A stretch of 64,000 nt of DNA from Minisyncoccota bacterium (GCA_035495115.1 DATJGJ010000007.1:3136-67135); one strand, 5' to 3'. Counted from the first letter of the stretch, positions 31,911 to 41,766 are shown. The notes: generated by a model not told the origin, from the sequence alone. A program made the numbers and translations.

Positions 31911-33176
31911 CTACTTACCTATCATATCTTTGCCCATATATTTTGCGAGAACTGGAGGCACCTTGATCGTACCATCAGCTTGCTGAAAATTTTCAATGAG
32001 AGAAACGAGGATGCGCGGCGTAGGGATAGCAGTTGAATTGAGCGAATGAGCATAACGAAGTTTTCCTTCAGCGTCCTTGTAACGGATATTGAGTCGGCGA
32101 CACTGAAAATCATGGAAATATGATGCGGATGAGATCTCTCGATACTTGCCTTCTTTTGGCACCCAGAGCTCGATGTCGTATTTTTTTACCTGACCCAAGC
32201 CGAGATCGCCGCCGCAGTTGATGACGGTGTGATATGGGATGCCGAGCGACTCGATGAACTCTTCTGTGTTACGATTGAGCTCTTCGTGATACTTCACTGA
32301 CGTCTCATGGTTCGCCTCACAGAGCACGAGCTGTTCGAACTTGTAGAACTCATGAACACGGATGAGACCACGGACATCTTTGCCGTGAGAGCCAGCCTCT
32401 CGACGATAACAAGGCGAGAAGCCAAGGAAACGCTTTGGGAGCTGCTCGGCACCGAGCACTTCTTCAGCATACATGCCCATGAGAGGCACTTCGGCAGTGC
32501 CCGCGAGAGCGTCGCCATCTTGAGTCATATAAAAATCTTCGACATCACCAGGGAGATGCGCTGTGCCATAGAGATTTATCTTACGTACGATCGTTGGTGG
32601 CATAACAGGGATAAAATCTTTTCCTGAAAAGAATTCGAGCGCATATTGCCAGATCGCAAAACAGAGTCGTACACCGTCGCCAGTCAAATAATATCCACGG
32701 AAACCATGCACCTTTCCTCCGCGTTCGAAATCAACCATGCCGAGATTGGTCATAAGCTCAACATGATCTTTTGGTTCAAACGGAAATGCAGTCTTGTCGC
32801 CCCAAACTTTGATCTCTTGATTGTCTGCATCGGTATCGCCATCTGGAACAGACATATCAGGTACATTCGGCGCGCGCAACATGAGGTCTTGCCAGTCCTT
32901 CATGACTTCTTTGAGTTTTTCATCACCAGCCTCCATATCTGCCTTGACTACTTTCATATCAGCAATGAGCTTCGTACGCTCTTCTGGAGTCGCAGCCTTA
33001 GCGATGCCTTCGCTCGCAGCATTTTGGGTTGATCGTTTTTTTTCGAGATCTGCCATAAGCGCGCGACGCGTATCATCGAGGGTTATAAGCGCCTCCACGT
33101 CAAAGTTTACGTGTTTTTTCTTTGCAGCGAGAGCAACGATATCTTTATTTTCGCGAATGAATTTTATGTCCAACAT
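31911..33176 (-). CDS. serS: Seryl-tRNA synthetase
   Basis: MLDIKFIREN, GTAEVP, CYRREAG, RVHEF, EISSAS. Confidence 0.96.
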   Translation of the reverse strand: MLDIKFIRENKDIVALAAKKKHVNFDVEALITLDDTRRALMADLEKKRSTQNAASEGIAKAATPEERTKLIADMKVVKADMEAGDEKLKEVMKDWQDLMLRAPNVPDMSVPDGDTDADNQEIKVWGDKTAFPFEPKDHVELMTNLGMVDFERGGKVHGFRGYYLTGDGVRLCFAIWQYALEFFSGKDFIPVMPPTIVRKINLYGTAHLPGDVEDFYMTQDGDALAGTAEVPLMGMYAEEVLGAEQLPKRFLGFSPCYRREAGSHGKDVRGLIRVHEFYKFEQLVLCEANHETSVKYHEELNRNTEEFIESLGIPYHTVINCGGDLGLGQVKKYDIELWVPKEGKYREISSASYFHDFQCRRLNIRYKDAEGKLRYAHSLNSTAIPTPRILVSLIENFQQADGTIKVPPVLAKYMGKDMIGK

Positions 33177-33279
33177 ATGGGTTGTTTAAGTGCTCATTAG
33201 TGTATCATAAACATATATCTTTATCATTTCTTGAAAACTTTTTGAGTGTTTATTTATATAAGCATGAGAAAATGCGTGC

Positions 33280-34167
33280 ATGGATCCATTACATGCCATC
33301 ACGCAACTGAGTAAAGACAACTATCATTTTTTATTGAAGCAATTAGACAAAATTCCAGATTCAATGGAAATGATCGGCGCCATGCCACCAGAAACTTATC
33401 GATATCTCTGCGTTGTCGGATCACGCCACAATAGCTCATACGGAAAAGAAGCGTGCGAGAAACTCATTTCTGGGCTTGCAGGCTATCCCATCGTCATTGT
33501 TTCAGGCTTAGCTATAGGCATCGACTCAATCGCCCATGAAGCAGCATTAAAAGCTGGCCTGCGAACTATTGCGTTTCCTGGCTCCGGCCTCGATATCTCT
33601 GTTTTGTATCCCGCACAAAATATCGGTCTTGCACGTAGGATAGTAGAGGCTGGCGGGGCTCTCCTCTCGCCTTTTCCTCGACATCAAGAAGGAGTTTATT
33701 GGGCATTTCCTGTTCGTAACAAGCTTATGGCGGGCATATCCAATGCCGTACTGCTCATTGAAGGAGCTGAAGGATCTGGTTCGCTTCTCACTGCTGTTGA
33801 TGCAGGCGAGTTTGGTCGTGATCTTCTGACAGTGCCAGGATCTATATTTTCTCCATTATCTTATGGACCACATATGCACTTACGAGAGGCAGCGATAGCG
33901 GTTACTTGTTCAGAGCATATTTTGGAAGCATTGGGATTGGTAAAAGAGGATTCGACACGGACACAGTATATGACAAATCAAAATCTATTCGGCCAATCTT
34001 TCTCGCCGGACGAAAAACTCATCCTCGAGAAGATCAAAACGCCCATTGAAAGAGATGAGCTTATCCGGTCGCTCGACATGCCCGCAGGATTCGTGAATGC
34101 ACTTCTGATCGAGCTCGAATTAAAAGGCATCATTTCAGAGAGGCAAGGGCTGTTAATGGTCAACTGA
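33280..34167 (+). CDS. dprA: DNA-processing protein DprA
   Basis: VVGSR, VSGLAIGID, FPVRNKLMAG, SGSLLTA, C-terminal ELELKG. Confidence 0.93.
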   Translation: MDPLHAITQLSKDNYHFLLKQLDKIPDSMEMIGAMPPETYRYLCVVGSRHNSSYGKEACEKLISGLAGYPIVIVSGLAIGIDSIAHEAALKAGLRTIAFPGSGLDISVLYPAQNIGLARRIVEAGGALLSPFPRHQEGVYWAFPVRNKLMAGISNAVLLIEGAEGSGSLLTAVDAGEFGRDLLTVPGSIFSPLSYGPHMHLREAAIAVTCSEHILEALGLVKEDSTRTQYMTNQNLFGQSFSPDEKLILEKIKTPIERDELIRSLDMPAGFVNALLIELELKGIISERQGLLMVN

Positions 34168-34179
34168 AATTGATTACTA

Positions 34180-34624
34180 ACACGAATATACAAATATGCA
34201 CACAAATACCACTAATAACAAAACCATAATTTATCGTGAACTATCATATAAAATATATGGCTTATGCTATAAAACCCATAATATACTTGGACGTTTTAGA
34301 AATGAAAAATCATATGCAGATTATATTGAAAGCCTTATAAAAGATAATGGATTATTGTATCAAAGAGAAAGGCCCCTACCGAAAACATTCTCAGAAGAAA
34401 AAGCACGGAGAAATATTCCTGACTTCATAATTGAAAATAAGATTATTCTTGATTTAAAAGCAAAACAATTTATTACAAAGGAAGACTACTATCAGATGAA
34501 AAGATACTTAGTCGCTTCGAATATGAAACTTGGTATCATTGCAAATTTTAGGCAAATAAGAATTTATCCTAAACGAATTGTTAATTAATTCGTGGTATTT
34601 GTGTGCATATTTGTATATTCGTGT
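34180..34624. mobile_element. Inverted-repeat-bounded GxxExxY element between dprA and topA
   Basis: Perfect 33-bp IR: ACACGAATATACAAATATGCACACAAATACCAC (34180-34212) and its reverse complement (34592-34624); AT-rich interior. Confidence 0.7.
34196..34588 (+). CDS. GxxExxY protein (PD-(D/E)xK nuclease fold)
   Basis: LGRFRNEKSY; PDFIIENKIILDLKA; QMKRYL...LGIIANF. Confidence 0.88.
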   Translation: MHTNTTNNKTIIYRELSYKIYGLCYKTHNILGRFRNEKSYADYIESLIKDNGLLYQRERPLPKTFSEEKARRNIPDFIIENKIILDLKAKQFITKEDYYQMKRYLVASNMKLGIIANFRQIRIYPKRIVN

Positions 34625-34642
34625 CGCATTGTGTAATACTAC

Positions 34643-37039
34643 ATGTCAATGAAACTCGTAATCGTAGAGTCCCCCTCAAAAGCAAAGACTATTTCCAAAT
34701 ATTTGGGAAGTGATTTTCGCGTGCTCGCTTCAGTTGGTCACGTGCGCGATCTGCCAAAGTCAAACAAAAAAGCCATCGACATAGATGGCGGCTTCGTACC
34801 TCATTATGAAGTTGTACCAAAAAAAGAGATCATCATCGAAGAGATCCGTCATGCAGCAAAAAAAGCTGACGAAGTATTGATCGCAACTGACCCCGACCGC
34901 GAAGGCGAAGCTATCGCTTGGCACTTGAAGGAGCTCCTCACTGACAAAAAGATCGGGGGCGTCATTTCATCGAGTAAAATCGTGCGCATCACATATCATG
35001 AAGTGACAAAAGAAGCCGTCGAAGAAGCACTCAAGCATCCTCGTGCCATCGATGAGCACCTCCGCGAAGCTCAGGAAGCTCGTCGCGTGCTCGACCGCCT
35101 CGTAGGCTACGATCTTTCCGGCCTCATCTGGAAAAAAGTCCGTTATGGACTCTCAGCTGGTCGTGTTCAATCGCCTGCGCTCCGCATCATCATGGAACGT
35201 GAGCGCGAGATACGTGCATTCAATCCTGAGACATACTGGAGTATCGCTGGTACATGGAAGACGACTTCAGCGGCCGCAAAAAATGCCGTTTTGGGACTTA
35301 CCTGTGTCGAAGAGCCCCGCGAAAGAAAAGAAGTTGATCGTATCCTTGATATCGCACGCTCGAAGCCATGGCATGTCGTCGATATAGAAGAGACGGAACA
35401 AAAAAGATCACCTAAAGCACCATTCATCACATCTACACTCCAACAGACCGCGAGCTCGCGCCTCGGCTTTTCACCTTCGCGCACCATGGGTATCGCACAA
35501 AAACTTTATGAAGCCGGTCATATCACCTATATGCGTACTGACTCGACCCATCTCGGTCAGCAAGCTCTCGAACAGATTGCGGTCACTGTGGGCAAAGAAT
35601 ACGGAAAAGAATATCTCCAGTTCCGTACCTATAGCGCAAAGAGCAAAAATGCACAGGAGGCTCACGAAGGTATCCGTCCTTCAAAGATGGCAGTGCTCAA
35701 TGCTGGCATGAATGAAGAGCAAAAGAAACTGTACAGACTTATCTGGCAAAGAACAATTGCTTCGCAGATGGTTGATGCGCGCGTCGCCCGTACAAAGATA
35801 GTAGCAAATATAAAAGATGCGGATTCGACTTCTCAGATCCCTGATTTCACAGCCAATGGTTCACGTATCATCTACGAAGGCTGGCTCAAAGCTGATCCGG
35901 AGTCTCGCGGCGAAGAAGTCGAGTTGCCAAAATGCGAGAAGGGCGAAAAACTCGATCTCATAAACGTCGACGCTCTTGAAAAGCAGACGCAGCCGCCTGC
36001 ACGCTATACCGAGGCGGGCCTCATCAAAGAGCTCGAGAAGCGTGGCATTGGTCGTCCATCTACCTATGCGTCTATTTGTCGTACTATAGAAGAACGTGGC
36101 TATGTCGAAAAAGAAGGCCGTGCACTCAAGCCGACTGATACCGGTGACGTCGTCTCATCTTTCCTCGAAGAATACTTCCCTACCTATATTAGCGATACCT
36201 TCACTGCTGACATGGAGAACCAGTTGGATGAGATCGCCAACGGTGAACGCACGTATGTCAAAACGCTCTCTACATTCTATGGCCCATTTTTGAAAGAAGT
36301 GAAGTCAAAAGAAAAGCTCGCCAAAGCGACCAACCTCGGTGTTGCGGATGCAAAGTACAAATGTCCAAAATGCGGCAGTCCGATGGATATCAAGCTCGGT
36401 CGTATGGGCAAGTTTATCTCATGTTCACGCTACCCAGATTGCGATGGTGCACTCATGATCGATGGCACTGAGATCAAAAAAGACGAGCCGATTGGCACTG
36501 ACCCGACGACGGGACTCCCTATCTTTGTATTGAATGGCCGCTTTGGTCCGTATGTTCAGCTTGGTGTAAAGATGCCGAAAGTAAAGAAAGTAAAAAAGCC
36601 AAAGGTACCAAAGGTCAAAAAGAAGGTTGGTGGAAAAAAAGTAACGGAGGAGGCAAATTCTCTGAAGGACCGAAGCTTGTCTGAGCGTAGTGATAACGGA
36701 GCGAGTTCTGTAGGTCTTGAAGAGAAGACTGTCTCCGAAGTTGCTGTTCCCATCAAACCTCGCATGGCCTCAATTCCAAAGGGCGTCGACCTTTCATCTA
36801 TCACTGTTGCTGATGCCATGAAATTCCTCAGTGTGCCCCGCGTGCTCGGCGTACACCCGACGACAGGTAAAAATGTCACTGCTTCGATTGGCCGTTTTGG
36901 TCCGTATGTTGTGCATGATACTAACTTCCGCTCTATTAAGGCTCCTTTGAATGTATACGACATCACTCTCGATCAGGCGCTCGCATTGCTTGCTCAAGAA
37001 AAGAAGCCTCGAGGATTCGCCAAGAAAAAGAAGGAATAA
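34643..37039 (+). CDS. topA: DNA topoisomerase I
   Basis: IVESPSKAK, ATDPDREGE, SAGRVQ, ITYMRTDS, one Zn ribbon, C-terminal GRFGPY repeats. Confidence 0.96.
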   Translation: MSMKLVIVESPSKAKTISKYLGSDFRVLASVGHVRDLPKSNKKAIDIDGGFVPHYEVVPKKEIIIEEIRHAAKKADEVLIATDPDREGEAIAWHLKELLTDKKIGGVISSSKIVRITYHEVTKEAVEEALKHPRAIDEHLREAQEARRVLDRLVGYDLSGLIWKKVRYGLSAGRVQSPALRIIMEREREIRAFNPETYWSIAGTWKTTSAAAKNAVLGLTCVEEPRERKEVDRILDIARSKPWHVVDIEETEQKRSPKAPFITSTLQQTASSRLGFSPSRTMGIAQKLYEAGHITYMRTDSTHLGQQALEQIAVTVGKEYGKEYLQFRTYSAKSKNAQEAHEGIRPSKMAVLNAGMNEEQKKLYRLIWQRTIASQMVDARVARTKIVANIKDADSTSQIPDFTANGSRIIYEGWLKADPESRGEEVELPKCEKGEKLDLINVDALEKQTQPPARYTEAGLIKELEKRGIGRPSTYASICRTIEERGYVEKEGRALKPTDTGDVVSSFLEEYFPTYISDTFTADMENQLDEIANGERTYVKTLSTFYGPFLKEVKSKEKLAKATNLGVADAKYKCPKCGSPMDIKLGRMGKFISCSRYPDCDGALMIDGTEIKKDEPIGTDPTTGLPIFVLNGRFGPYVQLGVKMPKVKKVKKPKVPKVKKKVGGKKVTEEANSLKDRSLSERSDNGASSVGLEEKTVSEVAVPIKPRMASIPKGVDLSSITVADAMKFLSVPRVLGVHPTTGKNVTASIGRFGPYVVHDTNFRSIKAPLNVYDITLDQALALLAQEKKPRGFAKKKKE
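36641..36744 (+). repeat. In-frame palindromic insert within topA C-terminal region
   Basis: Nested arms GTAAC/GTTGC, GGAGGCA/TGTCTCC, TTCTCT/AGAGAA, AGGACC/GGTCTT; encodes VTEEANSLKDRSLSERSDNGASSVGLEEKTVSEVA. Confidence 0.65.
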
Positions 37040-37090
37040 AAAACACCCGATGGGTGTTTGTGCTTTTAGTCAGATATCAGTGGTGCCCAG

Positions 37091-37720
37091 CTAAAAGATT
37101 TCAATGTATTTTTGCCAAGTGTCTCTTTCCGCCAATTCAATGATCATTGCAATTTGCGCTTCATCGAATCGTTTTGTCCCTTCGGGGCTTTCAGCAATGA
37201 GCGTCGAGACATAGTGGGCAATAGTCGTGACATGATATTGTCGCCGAAGCGTATCGATTGACCAATTTGCATCGATAAATTTTTTATTGATCGATTCAAA
37301 TATAGGCTGTCCATCGCTGAACATATAGAGAGCAGACGGCGGGATTAACCTGTCATTTGGCAACCGCTTGATCTCAAGCATCCAATGACATAGACATGTC
37401 ACGAAAGTATGCCATAGCAAATGTGTTGCGGTTGCAGCATCGCTCGTTTTGATCTCTGACACAAGCTCTTCACTTAGTCCGATATGAAGCATTTTTCGGC
37501 TCGGAATCAGGAACTGGGGATCAGCTTCAGTTGGAAAACCAATAAGCTTGCGCTTTGCATTTATAACAAAGCCTGATCCACTATTTGGTGGCAATATTGT
37601 AAAACTCACATCGGCAGGCAAAAGACCATAGAATCGCCCGAAACCGAGCAAGTTATCCCTGAAGAAACTGCTTACTGTCACACCTTCGTGGACGCCTTGG
37701 GCAAATCCAAATATTGTCAT
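37091..37720 (-). CDS. Hypothetical protein (orphan)
   Basis: AGGAGG SD, own promoter, shared terminator 37041-37059. Confidence 0.65.
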   Translation of the reverse strand: MTIFGFAQGVHEGVTVSSFFRDNLLGFGRFYGLLPADVSFTILPPNSGSGFVINAKRKLIGFPTEADPQFLIPSRKMLHIGLSEELVSEIKTSDAATATHLLWHTFVTCLCHWMLEIKRLPNDRLIPPSALYMFSDGQPIFESINKKFIDANWSIDTLRRQYHVTTIAHYVSTLIAESPEGTKRFDEAQIAMIIELAERDTWQKYIEIF

Positions 37721-37834
37721 AACTCCTCCTGGTTAATTGTTTAGGTTCAAAACGAAATGTTCAAAAACAATATAACCACACTTATTGTACATTTGCAATA
37801 AGCTTTGCTGCGCTGATTTTAGCCACAAATTTAG

Positions 37835-38836
37835 CTACAAACTAAAATTCTTCAACGAATATATCTCTTCATTTTCCTCTTGTTGCTTCTCCTGCGTAGA
37901 ACGATCATCAACTGCTGGCGTACCGAGACTTACACTGTCGATAACAGGCGTCTGCGATGCATTCGCTTCATTCATGGCAATTTGCTGATTTACATCGCTT
38001 TTGACTTGCTGACTATTCAACTTCTCCAACAACGCTCTCAAGTCATCTGGATTGAAAAAATCGATAGTGACTGTACCTCCCTCCTTATTTTTTTCAATGC
38101 GCACACGAGTACCGAGCGATTCGGTGAATGACTTTTCCATCTCTATGATCTGAGGATCAAGATACTTCTCTTTGTTACGGATCTTGTCTGTAGCTACACG
38201 ACGCGAAAGAGACTCTGCTTCACGCACGGTGAGCTTCTTTGCCATGATCTCCTTGAAAAGGACGAGCTGTTCTTCTTTGCGATCGCTCAACATGAGCAAT
38301 GGGCGTGTATGACCTTCTGAGATCTTACCCTCGCTGAGCGCAGTCAAAATCTCATCTGAGAGAGCGAGGATGCGCAGCGTGTTCGCGACATATTCACGGC
38401 TCTTGCCTACCTTGTCAGCGATCTGAGCCTGCTTGAGACCAAACTCTTTTGCAAGACGCTCGAAAGCGCGGGCTCGCTCGACTGGATTGATATCTTCACG
38501 CTGGAGATTTTCAATGATGGCCATCTCGAGCTTTTCTCTGCCGCTATCTTCGCTATTGCGGATGAGCACTGGCACTTGCTGGAGGCCAGCGAGCTTTGAA
38601 GCACGCAAACGACGCTCACCAGAGATAAGCTCATACTCAACAGACATTCCTGACCCTTCATGAAAGACTTCTTTGCGAGTCACCACGAGTGGCTGGAGCA
38701 CGCCGTACATACGAATTGAGTCAGAAAGACTCTTCAGGGCTATAGGATCGAATTCACGGCGCGGCTGATATGGGTTCGGACTGATCTTTTCGAGTTCGAT
38801 CCAGAAGATGGAGTTATTTACATATTGATTGGACAT
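37835..38836 (-). CDS. parB: ParB/Spo0J partition protein
   Basis: PNPYQPR, GVLQPLVV, SGERRLRA, ENLQREDI, HTH. Confidence 0.93.
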   Translation of the reverse strand: MSNQYVNNSIFWIELEKISPNPYQPRREFDPIALKSLSDSIRMYGVLQPLVVTRKEVFHEGSGMSVEYELISGERRLRASKLAGLQQVPVLIRNSEDSGREKLEMAIIENLQREDINPVERARAFERLAKEFGLKQAQIADKVGKSREYVANTLRILALSDEILTALSEGKISEGHTRPLLMLSDRKEEQLVLFKEIMAKKLTVREAESLSRRVATDKIRNKEKYLDPQIIEMEKSFTESLGTRVRIEKNKEGGTVTIDFFNPDDLRALLEKLNSQQVKSDVNQQIAMNEANASQTPVIDSVSLGTPAVDDRSTQEKQQEENEEIYSLKNFSL

Positions 38837-38864
38837 GGCTGCATTTTAACATAATAATAAAGAC

Positions 38865-39860
38865 ATGAAAAAAGTGTACATCTCCTTGGTGCTCATTTTC
38901 CTCGGACTCGTCATTGTGTATCTCTTTTTGACAGTCACATCCGATACAGCTCGTTCGCATGCAAACCAAGAATCATCAGCAGTGACAATCCCCTCTACTG
39001 CCACATCGACGATCACTATACTGATCAGCGGTGATATCATGCTTGATCGTTATGTGCGTGCCAGTGGCGAAAAAAATGGATACGATTCGTTATTTGATGG
39101 CGTACGCGGTCTTTTTCATTCTGCTGACATTGCGGTAGCAAATCTTGAAGGTCCTATCACTTCATATCCTTCGAAAACATTTCTGAAAAATGGATCATTT
39201 ACCAAATCATTCACATTCACTTTTGCACCAAGTAGCACGCCAGCATTGCTTGGGGCCGGCATTACACTAGTAAGTTTAGCAAATAATCATACTGATAATT
39301 TTGGTCGAGATGGTGTAATGCAGACTCACTCGTATTTGAATGATAACGGCATCGATTGGTTCGGCGATCCTGCCAACATATCAGGAACTGAAAAGATCAT
39401 ATGTAAAAATACAATCTGTATTGCTTTTGTTGGCTATCATGAGTTCGAGCTCGGTTTTGAAAATATAGTGAACGATGTCAGTAGACTCGCCCATGAAGGT
39501 TATCCGGTTATCGTCATGCCACACTGGGGCGACGAATATGCTTCAACATCGCCTGAGCGAGTAAAGGAAATGGCTCACAAACTCATAGCTGCAGGCGCAT
39601 TTGTCATCGTCGGTTCGCACCCTCATGTTATCGAAGACAGAGAATGGATCGACGGCGTACCGGTGATCTATTCGCTTGGTAACCTCCTTTTTGACCAATA
39701 TTTTTCCAAAGAAGTTCTTCTCGGTAATGTCGCTGAACTTACGATTTCAGAAAATGGAACCTATGCCCACATCGATCGTGTGCGACTCTATACTGTTTCT
39801 AATGCATTGAAAAAGGGTCCACGACTCACGGGTGTGCCTATTGAGTTTCAGAGACCTTAA
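38865..39860 (+). CDS. CapA/PGA_cap family metallophosphoesterase
   Basis: GDIML, ANLE, LANNH, HWGDEY, GSHPH, YSLGN. Confidence 0.9.
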   Translation: MKKVYISLVLIFLGLVIVYLFLTVTSDTARSHANQESSAVTIPSTATSTITILISGDIMLDRYVRASGEKNGYDSLFDGVRGLFHSADIAVANLEGPITSYPSKTFLKNGSFTKSFTFTFAPSSTPALLGAGITLVSLANNHTDNFGRDGVMQTHSYLNDNGIDWFGDPANISGTEKIICKNTICIAFVGYHEFELGFENIVNDVSRLAHEGYPVIVMPHWGDEYASTSPERVKEMAHKLIAAGAFVIVGSHPHVIEDREWIDGVPVIYSLGNLLFDQYFSKEVLLGNVAELTISENGTYAHIDRVRLYTVSNALKKGPRLTGVPIEFQRP

Positions 39861-39905
39861 AATTATTTGATTTTAAGCTGAATTCGGGTAAACTAGTGTG
39901 GTATT

Positions 39906-39987
39906 GCCGGGATGGCGGAATTGGTAGACGCATACGACTCAAAATCGTACGGAGAAATCCATGGGAGTTCGATTCTCCCTCCCGGCA
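39906..39987 (+). tRNA. tRNA-Leu(CAA)
   Basis: Acceptor GCCGGGA/TCCCGGC; TACGA-CTCAAAA-TCGTA; long variable arm; TTCGATT. Confidence 0.95.
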
Positions 39988-40148
39988 CAGCGAAATTTAG
40001 AATATTCACCGAAAGCAAGACGGAAACGAGTCGCACCTGTGACTCGTTTGGGAGAATCGAAAAGGCTGAGTATATGGAACGGAGCGAAGCGAGTACCATA
40101 CGAAGCCTGTACTGAAGCTGTAAGCTTCGATTCTCCCTCCCGGCACCA
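39988..40148 (+). repeat. tRNA-linked structured element, copy 1 (Leu)
   Basis: Starts CAGCGAA; hairpin 40024-40049; antisense T-arm 40050-40061; 70-nt core 40059-40128; duplicated tRNA 3' end 40126-40146 followed by CA. Confidence 0.85.
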
Positions 40149-40205
40149 GAATTTATATAATAAAAAAACCTGCGGTGAAGCAGGTTGTGATGGAGACACT
40201 TCAAA

Positions 40206-40670
40206 CTATCTGGTCGCGTTCTTGATTTTTTTGATTCGAGAGAATACAACTTCACAACGTTCGTGCACAAATTCGGCAAACTTTGGATATACTCGTGCAT
40301 ATGAGAGAAGGCCAGATGAAGGCACTTCATGGAGCGTGGCAACAGTTATAGCACCCTTGTTACCACAATAGACTATTTCTTGCTTTCGAAAAGCCTTTCC
40401 TGCAACCGAAAATAAGACGATTTCATAGTGAACACTTCCTGTAGGCATGTTCCGACGCCACTCAAAAAGTATCGCATCATAAGGATTAAGTCCGGCTGGT
40501 AAAGGAAATTTTACACCGGCATGTTCATCCATCAAATGCTCATACAAATTTTGACAGTCCGAAGCACGCACGAGCAAATCTGGTCCATAAAGCTTGATCT
40601 GTCGTCGGATCTTCCGTAGCGCGCGTTTGAGAGCGAGCTCAGGTCTGGTTAGAGGGTCAATTTCATCCAT
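40206..40670 (-). CDS. Hypothetical protein (orphan)
   Basis: 154-aa ORF with terminator at 40161-40186. Confidence 0.55.
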   Translation of the reverse strand: MDEIDPLTRPELALKRALRKIRRQIKLYGPDLLVRASDCQNLYEHLMDEHAGVKFPLPAGLNPYDAILFEWRRNMPTGSVHYEIVLFSVAGKAFRKQEIVYCGNKGAITVATLHEVPSSGLLSYARVYPKFAEFVHERCEVVFSRIKKIKNATR

Positions 40671-40774
40671 AGTGTTAATATTGATTTGTGTTTAGTTCAA
40701 ATGGTTCCCCAATAAAATAACCTAAACCTTCCACTTTGTACAGACATCGTGTTAGTATGCAATACTACTCACCC

Positions 40775-41719
40775 ATGTCATCAAAACCCCTCAAAATCCT
40801 CGTCGTCCTCGGCCCTACTGCTTCCGGTAAGAGCGACCTTGCGGTACAGCTTGCCAAGGAGTTCAATGGCGAGATTATCTCGGCTGACTCGCGCCAAGTA
40901 TATCGCCACCTCAACATCGGCACCGGCAAGATCACTGAACGAGAGATGCGTGGCATACCTCATCACCTCCTCGACATCGTCGACCCCGATCAGCGATTCA
41001 CTGCGCTCGAGTGGAGGCAGCTCGCCGAAAAAGCCATCGCTGATATTTCATCTCGAGGCAAACTTCCTATCATTTGCGGTGGCACTGGATTTTATATCTC
41101 ATCGCTTATCGACAATCTCGGCTTTCCTGAAGTGCCCGCAGACACTGAAGAGCAAAAATCGCTCGAAGCTCGATCTGTTGAAGACCTCTTTGACGAGCTC
41201 AAAAAGCTTGACCCAGAGCGCACAAAGACGATAGATATGAAGAACAAACGCCGCCTCGCACGAGCCATCATCATCGCACGAGCGCTCGGTTCAGTACCAA
41301 AGCTTACTTCAACAAAAGATACTTCTGATAGCCCATACGATGTCCTTCAAATCGGTCTCGTATGGCCCGACACTGATCTCCGTGCACGCATCAAAGCTCG
41401 CCTCATCCGACGCATAGAAGTGCCCAACAAAGACGGTATCAATATGATCCAAGAAGCCGAACATCTCCATGCGCCAGCGCCAAGCGGGCTCGGACTTTCA
41501 TATGAGCGCATGGATGAGCTTGGTTTGGAGTATCGTTATCTCGCCGAATACCTTCAGATGAAGATAGACAAGATCAAGCTCATCGAGATTCTCGTCAACA
41601 AGATCTGGCAATATGCAAAGCGTCAGATGACCTGGTGGAAGAAGGACGCGCGTATCAAATGGTATTCACCTGAAAATATTGACAGTATAGAGAAAGATAT
41701 CGAGCAGTTCCTTAAATAA
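40775..41719 (+). CDS. miaA: tRNA dimethylallyltransferase
   Basis: GPTASGKS, ISADSRQVY, PHHLLD, GGTGFY, YAKRQMTW. Confidence 0.95.
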   Translation: MSSKPLKILVVLGPTASGKSDLAVQLAKEFNGEIISADSRQVYRHLNIGTGKITEREMRGIPHHLLDIVDPDQRFTALEWRQLAEKAIADISSRGKLPIICGGTGFYISSLIDNLGFPEVPADTEEQKSLEARSVEDLFDELKKLDPERTKTIDMKNKRRLARAIIIARALGSVPKLTSTKDTSDSPYDVLQIGLVWPDTDLRARIKARLIRRIEVPNKDGINMIQEAEHLHAPAPSGLGLSYERMDELGLEYRYLAEYLQMKIDKIKLIEILVNKIWQYAKRQMTWWKKDARIKWYSPENIDSIEKDIEQFLK

Positions 41720-41766
41720 TTCTAAAAGCCAAATAAAAAACGCCCCCGTAAAGAAGCGTCTAACAG

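Noticed and set aside
39893-40371. ORFs overlapping tRNA-Leu and its element (also 43075-43453, 46360-46572, 56903-57240)
   Set aside because: They are translations of tRNA genes and structured repeats. Their mutual similarity (e.g. YRLRMVLASLRS / YSLRIVLAPLR) reflects the DNA repeat, not a protein.
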